Position numbers and translations under genes: made by a program
NCBI GenBank assembly: GCA_045631665.1
Contig: JAZQVD010000051.1
Coordinates: 60,754-124,753, forward strand
Reading direction: 5' to 3'
Source: Alloprevotella sp.
GTDB lineage: Bacteria > Bacteroidota > Bacteroidia > Bacteroidales > Bacteroidaceae
Length of the DNA stretch: 64,000 nt
Shown: piece after piece, positions 9,799 to 19,586 of the stretch
Layout: the number at the start of each line of letters is the position of its first letter
Numbering within the stretch: position 1 is the stretch's first letter
Notes under the pieces: generated by a model
The model's database searches: none
What the model saw: only the letters and a program-made list of their open reading frames with translations
What the model was told of the DNA's origin: nothing

Positions 9799-10803
9799 AT
9801 GCAAATTTGTATTTGCGGGGGCGGATCGCTGGCACATGTTTGTGCAGGCGTGCTTTCCTCCGACACAAATAACAGCGTGAGCATCTTGACGCGCCGCCCT
9901 TCAGAATGGCACGATTCCATCGAGGTTTTCGACCCTAACGGACGTACCTTCACAGGGCGCTTGGCGCAGATTTCAGCGTCGCCCGCCGAGGTCGTTGCGG
10001 GTGCAGAAGTCGTATTGCTCTGCCTTCCTGGCTATGCCATCGCAGAGGTGCTTCAACAAATCAAGCCTTACCTTTCTGCACAAACTTATGTAGGCAGCAT
10101 CGTGTGTAGCACGGGCTTTTTCTTCTTCGCCCACGAGATTCTCCATCCCGAGACGCCCCTTTTCGGATTCCAACGCGTACCTTTCATCGCTCGCACTATC
10201 ACTTACGGGCAGAGCGCCAACCTCTTGGGATATAAGAGCGAAGTGGCGGTGGCGATTGAAGCCCCTGCGGAAAATGCCGAACAGTTGCGCGAATGGATAG
10301 CACAAGCATTCCTCACGCCCACCCGTTTGCTCAACCATTACTACGAGGCGAGCCTTACAAATAGTAATCCCATTCTCCACACCAGCCGACTCTACAGCAT
10401 GTGGAAGGATTGGGACGGCACGCCTTTCCCCGTCAATACGCCCTTCTACCGTGAGTGGACACTCGAAGCCTCAGAAATTCTCATCGCTATGGATGAAGAG
10501 TTCATGCGCTTGCTCGACCACTTGCCCGTAGACAAGCGCCAAATCCCCACGCTGCTCGACTATTACGAAAGCACCGACGCAGCGTCGCTCACGCGCAAGA
10601 TTTCGTCAATACAGGCGTTTAAAAACATCCTCTCACCCATGACTGAAACGCCCGAGGGTTGGATTCCCGACTTCAAAAGTCGCTACTTCACCGAAGACTT
10701 CCCCTACGGACTCCAGTTTATCAAGAATCTTGCCGAACAGCATCAGGTATCAACCCCTCAAATTGACCAAGTTTTGGCCTGGGGATTGAGTAAATTAAAA
10801 TGA
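9799..10803 (+). CDS. NAD/NADP-dependent opine (octopine/nopaline) dehydrogenase family protein
   Basis: Rossmann ICGGGSLAH; NPILH; SRYFTEDFPYGL; TPQID. Confidence 0.85.
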   Translation: MQICICGGGSLAHVCAGVLSSDTNNSVSILTRRPSEWHDSIEVFDPNGRTFTGRLAQISASPAEVVAGAEVVLLCLPGYAIAEVLQQIKPYLSAQTYVGSIVCSTGFFFFAHEILHPETPLFGFQRVPFIARTITYGQSANLLGYKSEVAVAIEAPAENAEQLREWIAQAFLTPTRLLNHYYEASLTNSNPILHTSRLYSMWKDWDGTPFPVNTPFYREWTLEASEILIAMDEEFMRLLDHLPVDKRQIPTLLDYYESTDAASLTRKISSIQAFKNILSPMTETPEGWIPDFKSRYFTEDFPYGLQFIKNLAEQHQVSTPQIDQVLAWGLSKLK

Positions 10804-10881
10804 AACCTATTGTCGTAAAAATTATTAGTAACCTAAAAAAAATTATTAGTAATGTAATTTAAAAAAGGTTACTAATAATTT
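10803..10881. repeat. 21-bp-period palindromic element, copy 2
   Basis: aaattattagtaacctaaaaa / aaattattagtaatgtaattt / aaaaaaggttactaataattt. Confidence 0.9.
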
Positions 10882-11013
10882 CAAGCGAATTAGAGGCGTT
10901 TTCTCAAACAAGTAAAACGCACTCATCCCCAACTAATAACATTGCGATTACAACAACCCCATTTTTCACGCCCCAAGCAGGGCAGGGAAATAAGGTAACA
11001 GCACCCTTTTTTA

Positions 11014-11802
11014 ATGACAAAAATTGACTCCATACAAGAGTTGCGCCAGTTGCAAATTGACATTCTCGACACGGTGCATCAGTTCTGCTTGGAACGCGGA
11101 ATCACTTATTTCCTCTCCAGCGGCACACTCCTCGGCGCCGTTCGCCACGGAGGTTACATTCCGTGGGACGACGACATCGACCTCTATATGCCCCGCGAGA
11201 GTTACGACCGATTTGTGCGAGAATTTGTGGGAGTTGCGCCCCACTTGGAGGTATATGCTACGGGCAAAGAGGGATATTTCTACACCTTTGCCAAGGTTGT
11301 AGATACGCGCACCCAATTGGTGGAAGATGAATTCCCCGACCTTTCGTTGGGCATCAACATTGACATTTTCCCTGTCGATGGTGTGGCAGACGCAATGTGG
11401 CAACGCAAGTTGGAGTTCAGATTTAAGGAATTCTTAGTCAACTGGCTGCGCATCCGTCGCAAAAAGGAGCGTGAGTCTAAGGGTTTTCTGCGTGACATGA
11501 TGGTATGTGTTTTCAAAAAAATGCCCATTTCATCGGGGAAAATCACTACTTTCTTCCACAAGTTCTGTGCCCGTCATGCGCAGTCGGAATATGTGTGCAA
11601 CCTTTCCGAAGTGGGGCCCAAAATTAAGGGATGTATTCCCCGCGCGTGCATTGCGAATAGCATAGACATCCTTTTTGAGGGCAAGAACTACAAGACCATG
11701 AACGGTTACATCGAATACCTGACGGCGACTTACGGCGACTTTATGAAATTGCCCCCAAAGGAAAAGCAGGTGCCGCATAATTGCACGGCGTATTGGTTGT
11801 AG
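11014..11802 (+). CDS. licD: LicD-family phosphotransferase
   Basis: GTLLGAVRHGGYIPWDDDIDL, IDIFPVD, YL..YGDFM.LPP. Confidence 0.9.
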   Translation: MTKIDSIQELRQLQIDILDTVHQFCLERGITYFLSSGTLLGAVRHGGYIPWDDDIDLYMPRESYDRFVREFVGVAPHLEVYATGKEGYFYTFAKVVDTRTQLVEDEFPDLSLGINIDIFPVDGVADAMWQRKLEFRFKEFLVNWLRIRRKKERESKGFLRDMMVCVFKKMPISSGKITTFFHKFCARHAQSEYVCNLSEVGPKIKGCIPRACIANSIDILFEGKNYKTMNGYIEYLTATYGDFMKLPPKEKQVPHNCTAYWL

Positions 11803-11858
11803 TTTTTGATAAGTCTCTAACAACCTTAAAACCTAAAACCTCATAACCTCAAAAAACA

Positions 11859-13295
11859 ATGAAACGTTTTTCCAGCCTCCTCATTCTCCTTTTCCTTACG
11901 CTCTCTGTCGTAGCGCAAGGCAAGGCAAAATATGTTTTCTACTTCATCGGCGACGGCATGGGCGTCAATCAAGTGAATGCTGCCGAGACTTACCTCGCCG
12001 CCCTTGAGGGACGCATCGGCATCAGTCCGATGGCGTTTTCTTCATTCCCCCATGTGGCGCTCGTACATACCGAATCTGCCACAAATGGCGTGACGGATTC
12101 TGCCGCAGGTGGCACTGCCCTCGCAACAGGTGAGAAAACAAAAAACGGCGTAATCTCTATGACGCCCGACGGACAGGCTTCCATCGCCAGCATTGCCTCT
12201 GAGGCAAAGGAAATGGGCATGGCGGTGGGCGTAGCAACCTCTGTGAGCATCGACCATGCTACTCCCGCAAGTTTCTTTGCCCATGAAGCCTCACGCAGTA
12301 ACTATCACCGCATTGGGCACGACCTTTTGGAAGCAAACTTTGACTTCTACGCAGGCTCTGCCTTCTTGCAACCTACGCACAAAGACTGCCCCAACGAAGT
12401 GCCCCTCTATCAACTTTACGAGAATGCGGGTTACACGATAACAAAGGGGGTGGATTTTAACGAGAAGAAGATGAAGAAGGCCAAGCGCCTCATGATGATT
12501 CAATCAGACGAGGCAAACGCTTTTGACAACACCGCCCTGCCCTACGCCATTGACCGTGGCGAAAACGACCTTACGCTTGCGACCATCGTAAGTAAGGGCA
12601 TCGACTTCCTTATGAAGAAAAACAAGGACGGTTTCTTCTTTGCCATCGAAGGAGGCAAGATTGACTGGGCGTGCCATGCCAATGACGCGGCGGCGGTAAT
12701 CCAGGAAACGCTCGACCTTGACGAAGCGGTGAAAGTGGCGTTGGAGTTCTACAAACAGCATCCCGATGAAACGCTCATCGTAGTAACTGCCGACCACGAA
12801 ACAGGCGGCATGTCGCTCGGAACTGGGGCTTACGAACTCCGCCTCCAATTGTTGCAGTATCAAAAAATGAGTGCGTGGAAATACACCAAGCATATTTCGC
12901 AACTCCACACCACGCTTGGCGACGGATTTACCTGGGAAGTTGTCAAGAAAGACTTGACCGAAAATTTCGGTTTCTGGGAGCACATCGCCATCAGCGAGCG
13001 CCAGGAAGCGCGTCTCAAGAAAGCGTACGAAGCCCTCGTTGCCGGCAAAGCAGAAGGCAGCAAGAGTCTCTATTCTCAGGAAGACGCCCTCGCAACCACC
13101 GCTAAGGAGATTATCAATCGCTATGCCCTCGTAGGATGGACCAGCGGCGGCCACTCAAATGGCTATGTCCCCGCCTTTGCTATCGGTGTGGGCGCAGAAC
13201 AATTCTCTGGACGCATCGACAATACCGAAGTGCCCAAGCGCACTCGTAAAGCATTTACACTTACTCAAGAAGAGCGCAACGCAAGGGTTAAATAA
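11859..13295 (+). CDS. alkaline phosphatase (secreted)
   Basis: Signal peptide; FIGDGMG, VTDSAA, HATPA, EGGKIDWACH, TADHETGG. Confidence 0.92.
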   Translation: MKRFSSLLILLFLTLSVVAQGKAKYVFYFIGDGMGVNQVNAAETYLAALEGRIGISPMAFSSFPHVALVHTESATNGVTDSAAGGTALATGEKTKNGVISMTPDGQASIASIASEAKEMGMAVGVATSVSIDHATPASFFAHEASRSNYHRIGHDLLEANFDFYAGSAFLQPTHKDCPNEVPLYQLYENAGYTITKGVDFNEKKMKKAKRLMMIQSDEANAFDNTALPYAIDRGENDLTLATIVSKGIDFLMKKNKDGFFFAIEGGKIDWACHANDAAAVIQETLDLDEAVKVALEFYKQHPDETLIVVTADHETGGMSLGTGAYELRLQLLQYQKMSAWKYTKHISQLHTTLGDGFTWEVVKKDLTENFGFWEHIAISERQEARLKKAYEALVAGKAEGSKSLYSQEDALATTAKEIINRYALVGWTSGGHSNGYVPAFAIGVGAEQFSGRIDNTEVPKRTRKAFTLTQEERNARVK

Positions 13296-13359
13296 TGCGC
13301 ACCTCTCCGTATTGTCCAACCCCTAAAACCTCAGAACCTAAAACCTCAAGACCTTATAA

Positions 13360-14601
13360 ATGAAAGAATTTATACAATCAGAAGCAAAAGCCGAGACCGC
13401 CATTCTCGTCGCCCTTATCACGAAGCGACAGGACGAGCGGAAAACCAACGAATACTTAGATGAACTCGAATTCCTTGCTGAGACAGCAGGTGCCGTGACC
13501 GTGAAAAGATTCACTCAGCGTGTGGACGGACCGAGCAGCATTACCTACGTCGGCAAGGGTAAACTGGAAGAAATTCGCCAGTATATTGAAATGGAAGAAG
13601 AGGCGGAGCGCGAAATCGGTATGGTCATCTTTGACGACGAACTTTCTGCCAAGCAACTCCGTAACATTGAGGCAGAACTGAAAGTCAAAATCCTTGACCG
13701 CACCAGCCTTATCCTTGACATTTTTGCCATGCGCGCACAAACGGCGAATGCTAAGACGCAAGTGGAATTGGCGCAGTACCGCTACATGCTTCCCCGCCTG
13801 CAACGCCTTTGGACACACTTGGAGCGCCAGCGCGGTGGTGCTGTAGGACTTCGTGGCCCTGGTGAAACGCAGTTGGAAATGGACCGCCGTATCATCCTCA
13901 ACCGTATGTCGCTCCTTAAGGAACGCTTGGCGGAAATTGACAAGCAGAAAACTACGCAGCGTAAGAACCGCGGACAGATGGTGCGCGTGGCGCTCGTGGG
14001 ATATACGAATGTGGGTAAGTCTACCTTAACAAATCTGCTTGCTAAGAGTGAAGTGTTTGCCGAAAACAAACTCTTTGCGACGCTCGATACTACCGTGCGC
14101 AAGGTTATCATTGAGAACCTCCCCTTCTTGCTTACCGACACCGTTGGTTTCATTCGCAAACTTCCCCACGATCTTGTAGATTCGTTCAAATCTACACTCG
14201 ATGAAGTGCGCGAGGCAGACATTCTCTTCCACATCGTTGACGTGAGCCACCCCGAGTTTGAAGAACAAATGGAGGTGGTTAATCAGACGCTCGCCGACCT
14301 TGGTTGCGCCGACAAACCCACTGTGATTGTCTTCAATAAGATGGACGCTTACCGTTGGACGGAAAAGGATGCCGACGACCTCACTCCTGCGGGCAAGGAA
14401 AACGTTTCGCTTGACGACCTTATGAACACCTGGATGAGCCGCGTGGGCGATGACTGCATCTTCATCTCAGCGCGTCAGAAGACAAACGTAGAAGAACTCA
14501 AGGCACTGCTTTACAAGCGCGTGAGAGAGCTTCACGTGCAGAAGTACCCCTACAACAACTTCCTCTTCCAGCAATACAATGCTGAGGGCGAAGCAGAATA
14601 A
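13360..14601 (+). CDS. hflX: GTPase HflX
   Basis: GPGETQLE.DRR, GYTNVGKS, LFATLD, DTVGF, NKMD. Confidence 0.96.
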   Translation: MKEFIQSEAKAETAILVALITKRQDERKTNEYLDELEFLAETAGAVTVKRFTQRVDGPSSITYVGKGKLEEIRQYIEMEEEAEREIGMVIFDDELSAKQLRNIEAELKVKILDRTSLILDIFAMRAQTANAKTQVELAQYRYMLPRLQRLWTHLERQRGGAVGLRGPGETQLEMDRRIILNRMSLLKERLAEIDKQKTTQRKNRGQMVRVALVGYTNVGKSTLTNLLAKSEVFAENKLFATLDTTVRKVIIENLPFLLTDTVGFIRKLPHDLVDSFKSTLDEVREADILFHIVDVSHPEFEEQMEVVNQTLADLGCADKPTVIVFNKMDAYRWTEKDADDLTPAGKENVSLDDLMNTWMSRVGDDCIFISARQKTNVEELKALLYKRVRELHVQKYPYNNFLFQQYNAEGEAE

Positions 14602-14627
14602 CCTTCAAGTTACTCCATGCTTACTAT

Positions 14628-14667
14628 ACACGAGAGGCAGCGCCCACAGGTGCTGCCTCTCGTGTGT
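14628..14667. terminator. hairpin terminator between convergent hflX and LRR gene
   Basis: ACACGAGAGGCAGC...GCTGCCTCTCGTGT stem; a second hairpin GAGGGTG...CACCCTC lies at ~14714-14743. Confidence 0.7.
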
Positions 14668-14779
14668 TTATCCCCCTTGACAAGTCCTCAGGGGAATACG
14701 ACTAAATAAAAAAGAGGGTGCGCCACACGCGTGACACACCCTCATGCTATCTTGCATATCAAAGTTTTGCCGAGTTACA

Positions 14780-15628
14780 TTAACGCTGGAAGAAGCGCTC
14801 CTGCACATTTTCAAAGTTGCCCCAAGGCGCTGTCTTCATATAAGCATCCATCGCACCTTCAGGAATGTAGAGCGTAGCATCTTCGAACTTGTTCATGTCA
14901 AAGAGGTTGTTCTCACAAATGATGGGTACCATCGCCAAAGCACTTACATCCTTCAAGCGCACGCAGCGTGCAAACGCGTTGCTACCAATAGTCTTCACGC
15001 CGCTACCGATAGTAACAGAGGTCAAGTCAGAACACCAGAAGAAGGCATTCTCGCCAATCTCCGTAACATTGTTGGGGATAATCAATGAAGTCAAACCGAA
15101 GCATTCGCTGAACGCTCTATCGCCGATGGTGATAACGCTACTGGGAATTGTGATTGAAGACAAACCTGAGCAGTGGAAGAACGCCCAATCGCCAATTGTT
15201 TCCACATTATTACCCAAAGTAAGCGCTGTAAGACCTGAGCAGTGGAAGAACGCCCAACGACCAATATCAGTAACGCTATTGGGGATGCTCAATGTAGTCA
15301 ATGAAGAGCAGTTGTAGAAAGCAGAGTCGCCAATCACTTCCACGCTCTTAGGAATCGTTACCGAAGTGAGGTTTGAGCAATCGCGGAAAGCAGACTTACC
15401 AATACCCGTAACGCGGTATGTGGCATGCTTGTAAGCAACCAACTTGGGGAAAATTACCGCACCTGCATAGCTTGCATACTTTGTGCTGGAGTAAGTTACT
15501 TCAACGGTCTTGTCTGCCTCAGATGTGATGCTATAGTAAATGCCATTGTCTTCGAAATCGTAGGCACTTACAGTCAAGCTGCACATAAACATAAGCATTG
15601 AAAGCAGCAAGGAGTTCAGGTTCTTCAT
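14780..15628 (-). CDS. BspA/TpLRR leucine-rich-repeat surface protein
   Basis: Signal peptide; 23-aa repeats LTSxTIPxSVxxIGxxAFxxCs; -7 box TAATTTTG at 15761-15768. Confidence 0.88.
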   Translation of the reverse strand: MKNLNSLLLSMLMFMCSLTVSAYDFEDNGIYYSITSEADKTVEVTYSSTKYASYAGAVIFPKLVAYKHATYRVTGIGKSAFRDCSNLTSVTIPKSVEVIGDSAFYNCSSLTTLSIPNSVTDIGRWAFFHCSGLTALTLGNNVETIGDWAFFHCSGLSSITIPSSVITIGDRAFSECFGLTSLIIPNNVTEIGENAFFWCSDLTSVTIGSGVKTIGSNAFARCVRLKDVSALAMVPIICENNLFDMNKFEDATLYIPEGAMDAYMKTAPWGNFENVQERFFQR

Positions 15629-15907
15629 TGTCGTTTTTAGTTATTAGAATTGAGTCGTTTAAGTCAAATTTAGTAACGATTTTTTAAGTGATGCCGCCCA
15701 AAAAAGGAGTGATTTTTTGATTCGTAAAACACCAAAGTTGGGACTTCCGCAAATCAATTGCAAAATTAAGAAAATAAAATGATTCGGAAAAAAATGAAGG
15801 CGTGATTTTTAAGAAAACTTGCAACACTTTTCTGCAATTCCAGTTAAAAAGAATGAGCACCGAGTTTTTGCATTCAACTCGGTGCTCAAATGGAGTTAGA
15901 AGGGGCA

Positions 15908-15993
15908 AAAATTATTAGTAACCTTTTTTAAATTATCTTACTAACAATTTAAATTAGGTTACTAATAATTTTTACGGGAATAGGTTGCGTTTT
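15908..15993. repeat. 21-bp-period palindromic element, copy 3
   Basis: attattagtaac ... ttactaacaat ... gttactaataat plus tail tttttacgggaataggttg. Confidence 0.88.
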
Positions 15994-16076
15994 CGGCGCC
16001 TCACAGAGGAGACGTTTTTCAACTATTACCCCATCCTATGTTAAAGTTTTTCAAGACAGGACGTCGGGCGGTGGCG

Positions 16077-17171
16077 CTACACAAACTCTTCTCCGAGTTT
16101 CATCTGCGCTTCCGTCACCAAGCGGCGCACAATGGCGGCGTCGTTGTTGGGACAAATTACGAGCACTCCGTCTTTTTCTGCCACGAGATACCCTTCAAGT
16201 CCTGCGATGACCGCTGCCTTTGCTTCGGGCAAGCACACGAGGTTGCCGTAGGCCTTGTCAAAGAGCACGCGAGTGGAAGAAATCACGGCGTTGTCGTCAC
16301 CATCCTTCTGCTCCACCTCATGCAGTTCGGGCCAAGAACCGATGTCGGCCCAACCAAAGTTGCACGCCATCACCACCACGTTCTTCGTTTTCTCCAACAA
16401 GAGAAGGTCGATGGATTGATGCACCATAGAGGGATACGTAGAGTAGAACAAGTCCTTTATATCCTCGTCACTCATACCGCCAAGTACCTTTTCGATAGAA
16501 GCGCCAAAGGTAGGAAGTTCACGCGCCAACATTTCCAGCATCGTAGGCAGGTTACACATGAACATACCCGAGTTCCAAAGAAATTCACCACTGTCTACAA
16601 ACATTTCAGCAAACTGAAGGTCGGGCTTTTCCGTAAAGGATTTCACCAGCGGATAGTCGCCGTCCTTCACATCGTCCATTTGGATGTACCCATACCCCGT
16701 GTTGGGCGTTGTGGGGCGCACGCCGACTGCCAAGAAGTTGTTGTGCGCATCAACATATTCCAATCCGCGCGACACCTGTTCCACAAAGCGCTCCTCATTA
16801 ACTATATACTGGTCGGCAGGCGTAATGATGAGGTTGCCACCTCCGAAGCGGTGGGTCAAGTAAAGCGCCGTCCACGCCGCAGCTGGGGCTGTAGAGAGTT
16901 GAACCGGTTCAACGAGAATCTGCGCCTCCTTCACGTCGGGCAACTGTTGCTTGACGATGTCCACATAGTCGGCAAAGGTGGAAACGTAAATATTTTCAGC
17001 AGGGATAAATTGGATGTAGCGGTCGTAAGTCTGCTGCAAAAGTGTGCGCCCCGTGCCGAAGAAATCCACAAACTGCTTGGGCAGGTATTTACGACTGTAG
17101 GGCCACAAACGGCGGCCAACTCCGCCGGCCATAATCACACAGAAATTCTTATTATTCGTCATGGCGTTCAT
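16077..17171 (-). CDS. manC: mannose-1-phosphate guanylyltransferase
   Basis: VIMAGG.G.RLWP.SR..PKQF, TGYGYI, FTEKP, WNSG, GWADIGSW; start at ATG 17171 or 17162. Confidence 0.88.
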   Translation of the reverse strand: MNAMTNNKNFCVIMAGGVGRRLWPYSRKYLPKQFVDFFGTGRTLLQQTYDRYIQFIPAENIYVSTFADYVDIVKQQLPDVKEAQILVEPVQLSTAPAAAWTALYLTHRFGGGNLIITPADQYIVNEERFVEQVSRGLEYVDAHNNFLAVGVRPTTPNTGYGYIQMDDVKDGDYPLVKSFTEKPDLQFAEMFVDSGEFLWNSGMFMCNLPTMLEMLARELPTFGASIEKVLGGMSDEDIKDLFYSTYPSMVHQSIDLLLLEKTKNVVVMACNFGWADIGSWPELHEVEQKDGDDNAVISSTRVLFDKAYGNLVCLPEAKAAVIAGLEGYLVAEKDGVLVICPNNDAAIVRRLVTEAQMKLGEEFV

Positions 17172-17410
17172 TGTATTTAGGTCAGTGTGAAGCACATACG
17201 TCGCCCGCCCCGTCAGAGGAGCACAAGCGCCACTGCTTCTCGGTTGCTAAGATAACGAATATTTCTCACATTTAGTACCTCACGCCGTAAAAAGGAGAAA
17301 CGAAAAAGGAGAATTGAGATTTTTCCCATTCAGCGAAACCGCCCTTCTCGTTTGAGGAACAGTCTCTGAAATAATGAAAATCTCAATTCTCCTTCCGAGT
17401 CAACAACGAC

Positions 17411-18844
17411 TTACTGCCGCTTCTTCAAAATTCTAAATCCCGTAGCGGCAACTACGATAGAGAACAGCGGGCAGAGGTAGTTGAACACGGCATAAGGCAA
17501 ATACGTCCATGTCGATACGCCCATCACCGTGGCTTGTGTCATACCGCAGGTGTTCCAAGGTATCAGGGGCGACGTGACTGTTACAGCGTCTTCCGTTGTG
17601 CGACTCAGGAGGCGCGCTTCGTAACCCTGATCGTGATAGGTCTGCTTAAACATGTTGCCAGTCAGGATTATGGAGATGTACTGGTCGGCGGTCACGAGGT
17701 TAAAGAGAACGCCGGATGCCACGGTGGAGGATACCAGACTGACCGTCTTTCTGACGAAGCGCAGGAATACGCGAGAGATACCCGCAAGGAAACCGCCCGA
17801 CTCCATAACACCACCAAAACACATGGCGCAGAGGATGAGCCAAATCGTGTCCATCATGCCCGACATACCACCAGTGCTGACGAGGTCATTGAGTGGTGCA
17901 CTGCCCATTTCCAACTGCGTTGCGCCGAACACGGTTTGCATCGTGCCCTTGAAAAGCGCCAAAGGTCCGGCGTCCGTGCCTGCCACTTCTAAAAGCACGT
18001 CTGTCTGAAACAGCATGCCGTATACCGCCGCCATGAGGGTGCTTAAAAAGAGGGTGATGAGCGAGGGGACGCGTTTGTAAATCATAATGGCAGTGAGGGC
18101 AGGAACTACAAGCGACCACAGCGTAATGTCGAACTTCGCGGACAGGGCTGAAGCATACATTTCAATGCTCGTGTCTGTGCCGGCCGAGAGTGAGAAACCT
18201 GCTACGAGGTAGACCATTAGCGCCAGGAATAGCGCCGGAATTGTGGTGTAAACCAAGTAGCGGATGTGGGTGAATAAGCGCACGCCAACCGTAGAAGATG
18301 CGAGTACGGTGGTGTCGGAAAGCGGTGACATCTTGTCGCCGAAATACGAACCTGAAATAATGGCGCCGGCAACCCACCCTTCGCTAAAACCTTGTGCTTG
18401 CCCAATACCGACGAGGGCTACGCCGATGGTGGCAACCGTGGTCCACGAACTGCCCGTCATGACCGACACGATGGCGCAGATGACGCAGCTGGTAATGAGG
18501 AAGAACGAGGGGTGAATCAGTTGCAGTCCGTAATAAATCATTGAGGGTACGATGCCGCTCACCATCCAAATGCCCGAGAGCGCTCCGATGACCAGCAGGA
18601 TAAACACGGCTTCGGTAACGCGCTTCACATTCTGCTCAATGGCGTGCTCAAAGGTTTTCCACGCAATGCCGTAACGCCACATGCCGATGGTGGCACACAC
18701 CGCCGACGAAACAAGTAAGCAAATCTGACTGCCACCCGACAGAGCGCCGTCGCCGAAGGTGTAAATCGTGACGGAAAGCAATGCCACCAAGATGAGGAGG
18801 GGCACGAAGGATATGAGGGGCGAAGGAATACGATTTTCCTGCAT
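17411..18844 (-). CDS. nhaC: Na+/H+ antiporter NhaC family
   Basis: GSSWTT..T.G, GAIISG.YFGDK.SPLSD, L.R..ED, LIPW. Confidence 0.88.
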   Translation of the reverse strand: MQENRIPSPLISFVPLLILVALLSVTIYTFGDGALSGGSQICLLVSSAVCATIGMWRYGIAWKTFEHAIEQNVKRVTEAVFILLVIGALSGIWMVSGIVPSMIYYGLQLIHPSFFLITSCVICAIVSVMTGSSWTTVATIGVALVGIGQAQGFSEGWVAGAIISGSYFGDKMSPLSDTTVLASSTVGVRLFTHIRYLVYTTIPALFLALMVYLVAGFSLSAGTDTSIEMYASALSAKFDITLWSLVVPALTAIMIYKRVPSLITLFLSTLMAAVYGMLFQTDVLLEVAGTDAGPLALFKGTMQTVFGATQLEMGSAPLNDLVSTGGMSGMMDTIWLILCAMCFGGVMESGGFLAGISRVFLRFVRKTVSLVSSTVASGVLFNLVTADQYISIILTGNMFKQTYHDQGYEARLLSRTTEDAVTVTSPLIPWNTCGMTQATVMGVSTWTYLPYAVFNYLCPLFSIVVAATGFRILKKRQ

Positions 18845-18892
18845 AAAGGGGAGGATTATATTGGAATTTTGAGGGGGTATGTTAGACTTCTG

Positions 18893-18979
18893 AAAAACTA
18901 AACCCTTTGTAGTAAAAACTATTAGTAACCTAAGAAAAATTATTAGTAACCTTTTTTAAATTACATTACTAATAATTTT
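18893..18979. repeat. 21-bp-period palindromic element, copy 4
   Basis: Tail aaaaactaaaccctttgtagt plus two forward units and one reverse unit. Confidence 0.9.
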
Positions 18980-19079
18980 AGGCATTCCTAATGCGCAGAT
19001 TTTCAGCACTAATTTTGTAACAAAAATTCGCCTCATCCGCGCCCGCAAAACACTACAAAGTTTTCGCTTCTTACAGCCT

Positions 19080-19113
19080 AAAAAAAATCCTGCAAAAGGG
19101 GACTTTTGCAGGA
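19080..19113 (-). terminator. intrinsic terminator after rpsJ
   Basis: TCCTGCAAAAG...CTTTTGCAGGA stem with a U-run on the minus strand. Confidence 0.75.
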
Positions 19114-19183
19114 CTGTTACTCTTGATTCGTAAAACCTTCTGCCGAGCAAAAGGTCTGTGGAATGCAAGTCAAAGTCTAAGAA

Positions 19184-19489
19184 CTACACCTTGATTTCTA
19201 CTTCAACACCGCAGGGGAGTTCGAGCTTCATGAGAGCGTCTACAGTCTTAGGAGTTGAGCTGTAGATGTCGATGAGGCGCTTGAATGTAGACACTTCAAA
19301 CTGTTCGCGTGACTTCTTGTTAACGAATGTAGAACGGTTAACAGTGATGATACGCTTGCGAGTAGGGAGAGGAATTGGACCGCTAACTACTGCACCTGTA
19401 GCCTTAACTGATGCCACGATCTTGGCTGCTGACTTTTCAACGAGCGTGTGGTCGTAAGACTTCAACTTGATACGAATTTTCTGACTCAT
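19184..19489 (-). CDS. rpsJ: 30S ribosomal protein S10
   Basis: [31 protein letters not shown]. Confidence 0.98.
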   Translation of the reverse strand: MSQKIRIKLKSYDHTLVEKSAAKIVASVKATGAVVSGPIPLPTRKRIITVNRSTFVNKKSREQFEVSTFKRLIDIYSSTPKTVDALMKLELPCGVEVEIKV

Positions 19490-19586
19490 TTTATAATTTG
19501 TTTTTTAATCTTCCCGAGCAGCACAGGCTAAGAGTCATTCGTTAGCCTGCCTGCGCGAAAAGGAGTTTGTTTTTATTGGATGTGAA

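Noticed and set aside
7972-11802. Phosphonate or classical phosphocholine (lic) pathway
   Set aside because: No PEP mutase, phosphonopyruvate decarboxylase, choline kinase or choline permease in the window.
15165-15257. 24-bp exact repeat in the LRR gene
   Set aside because: The 69-bp period matches the 23-aa LRR unit; an ordinary internal duplication.
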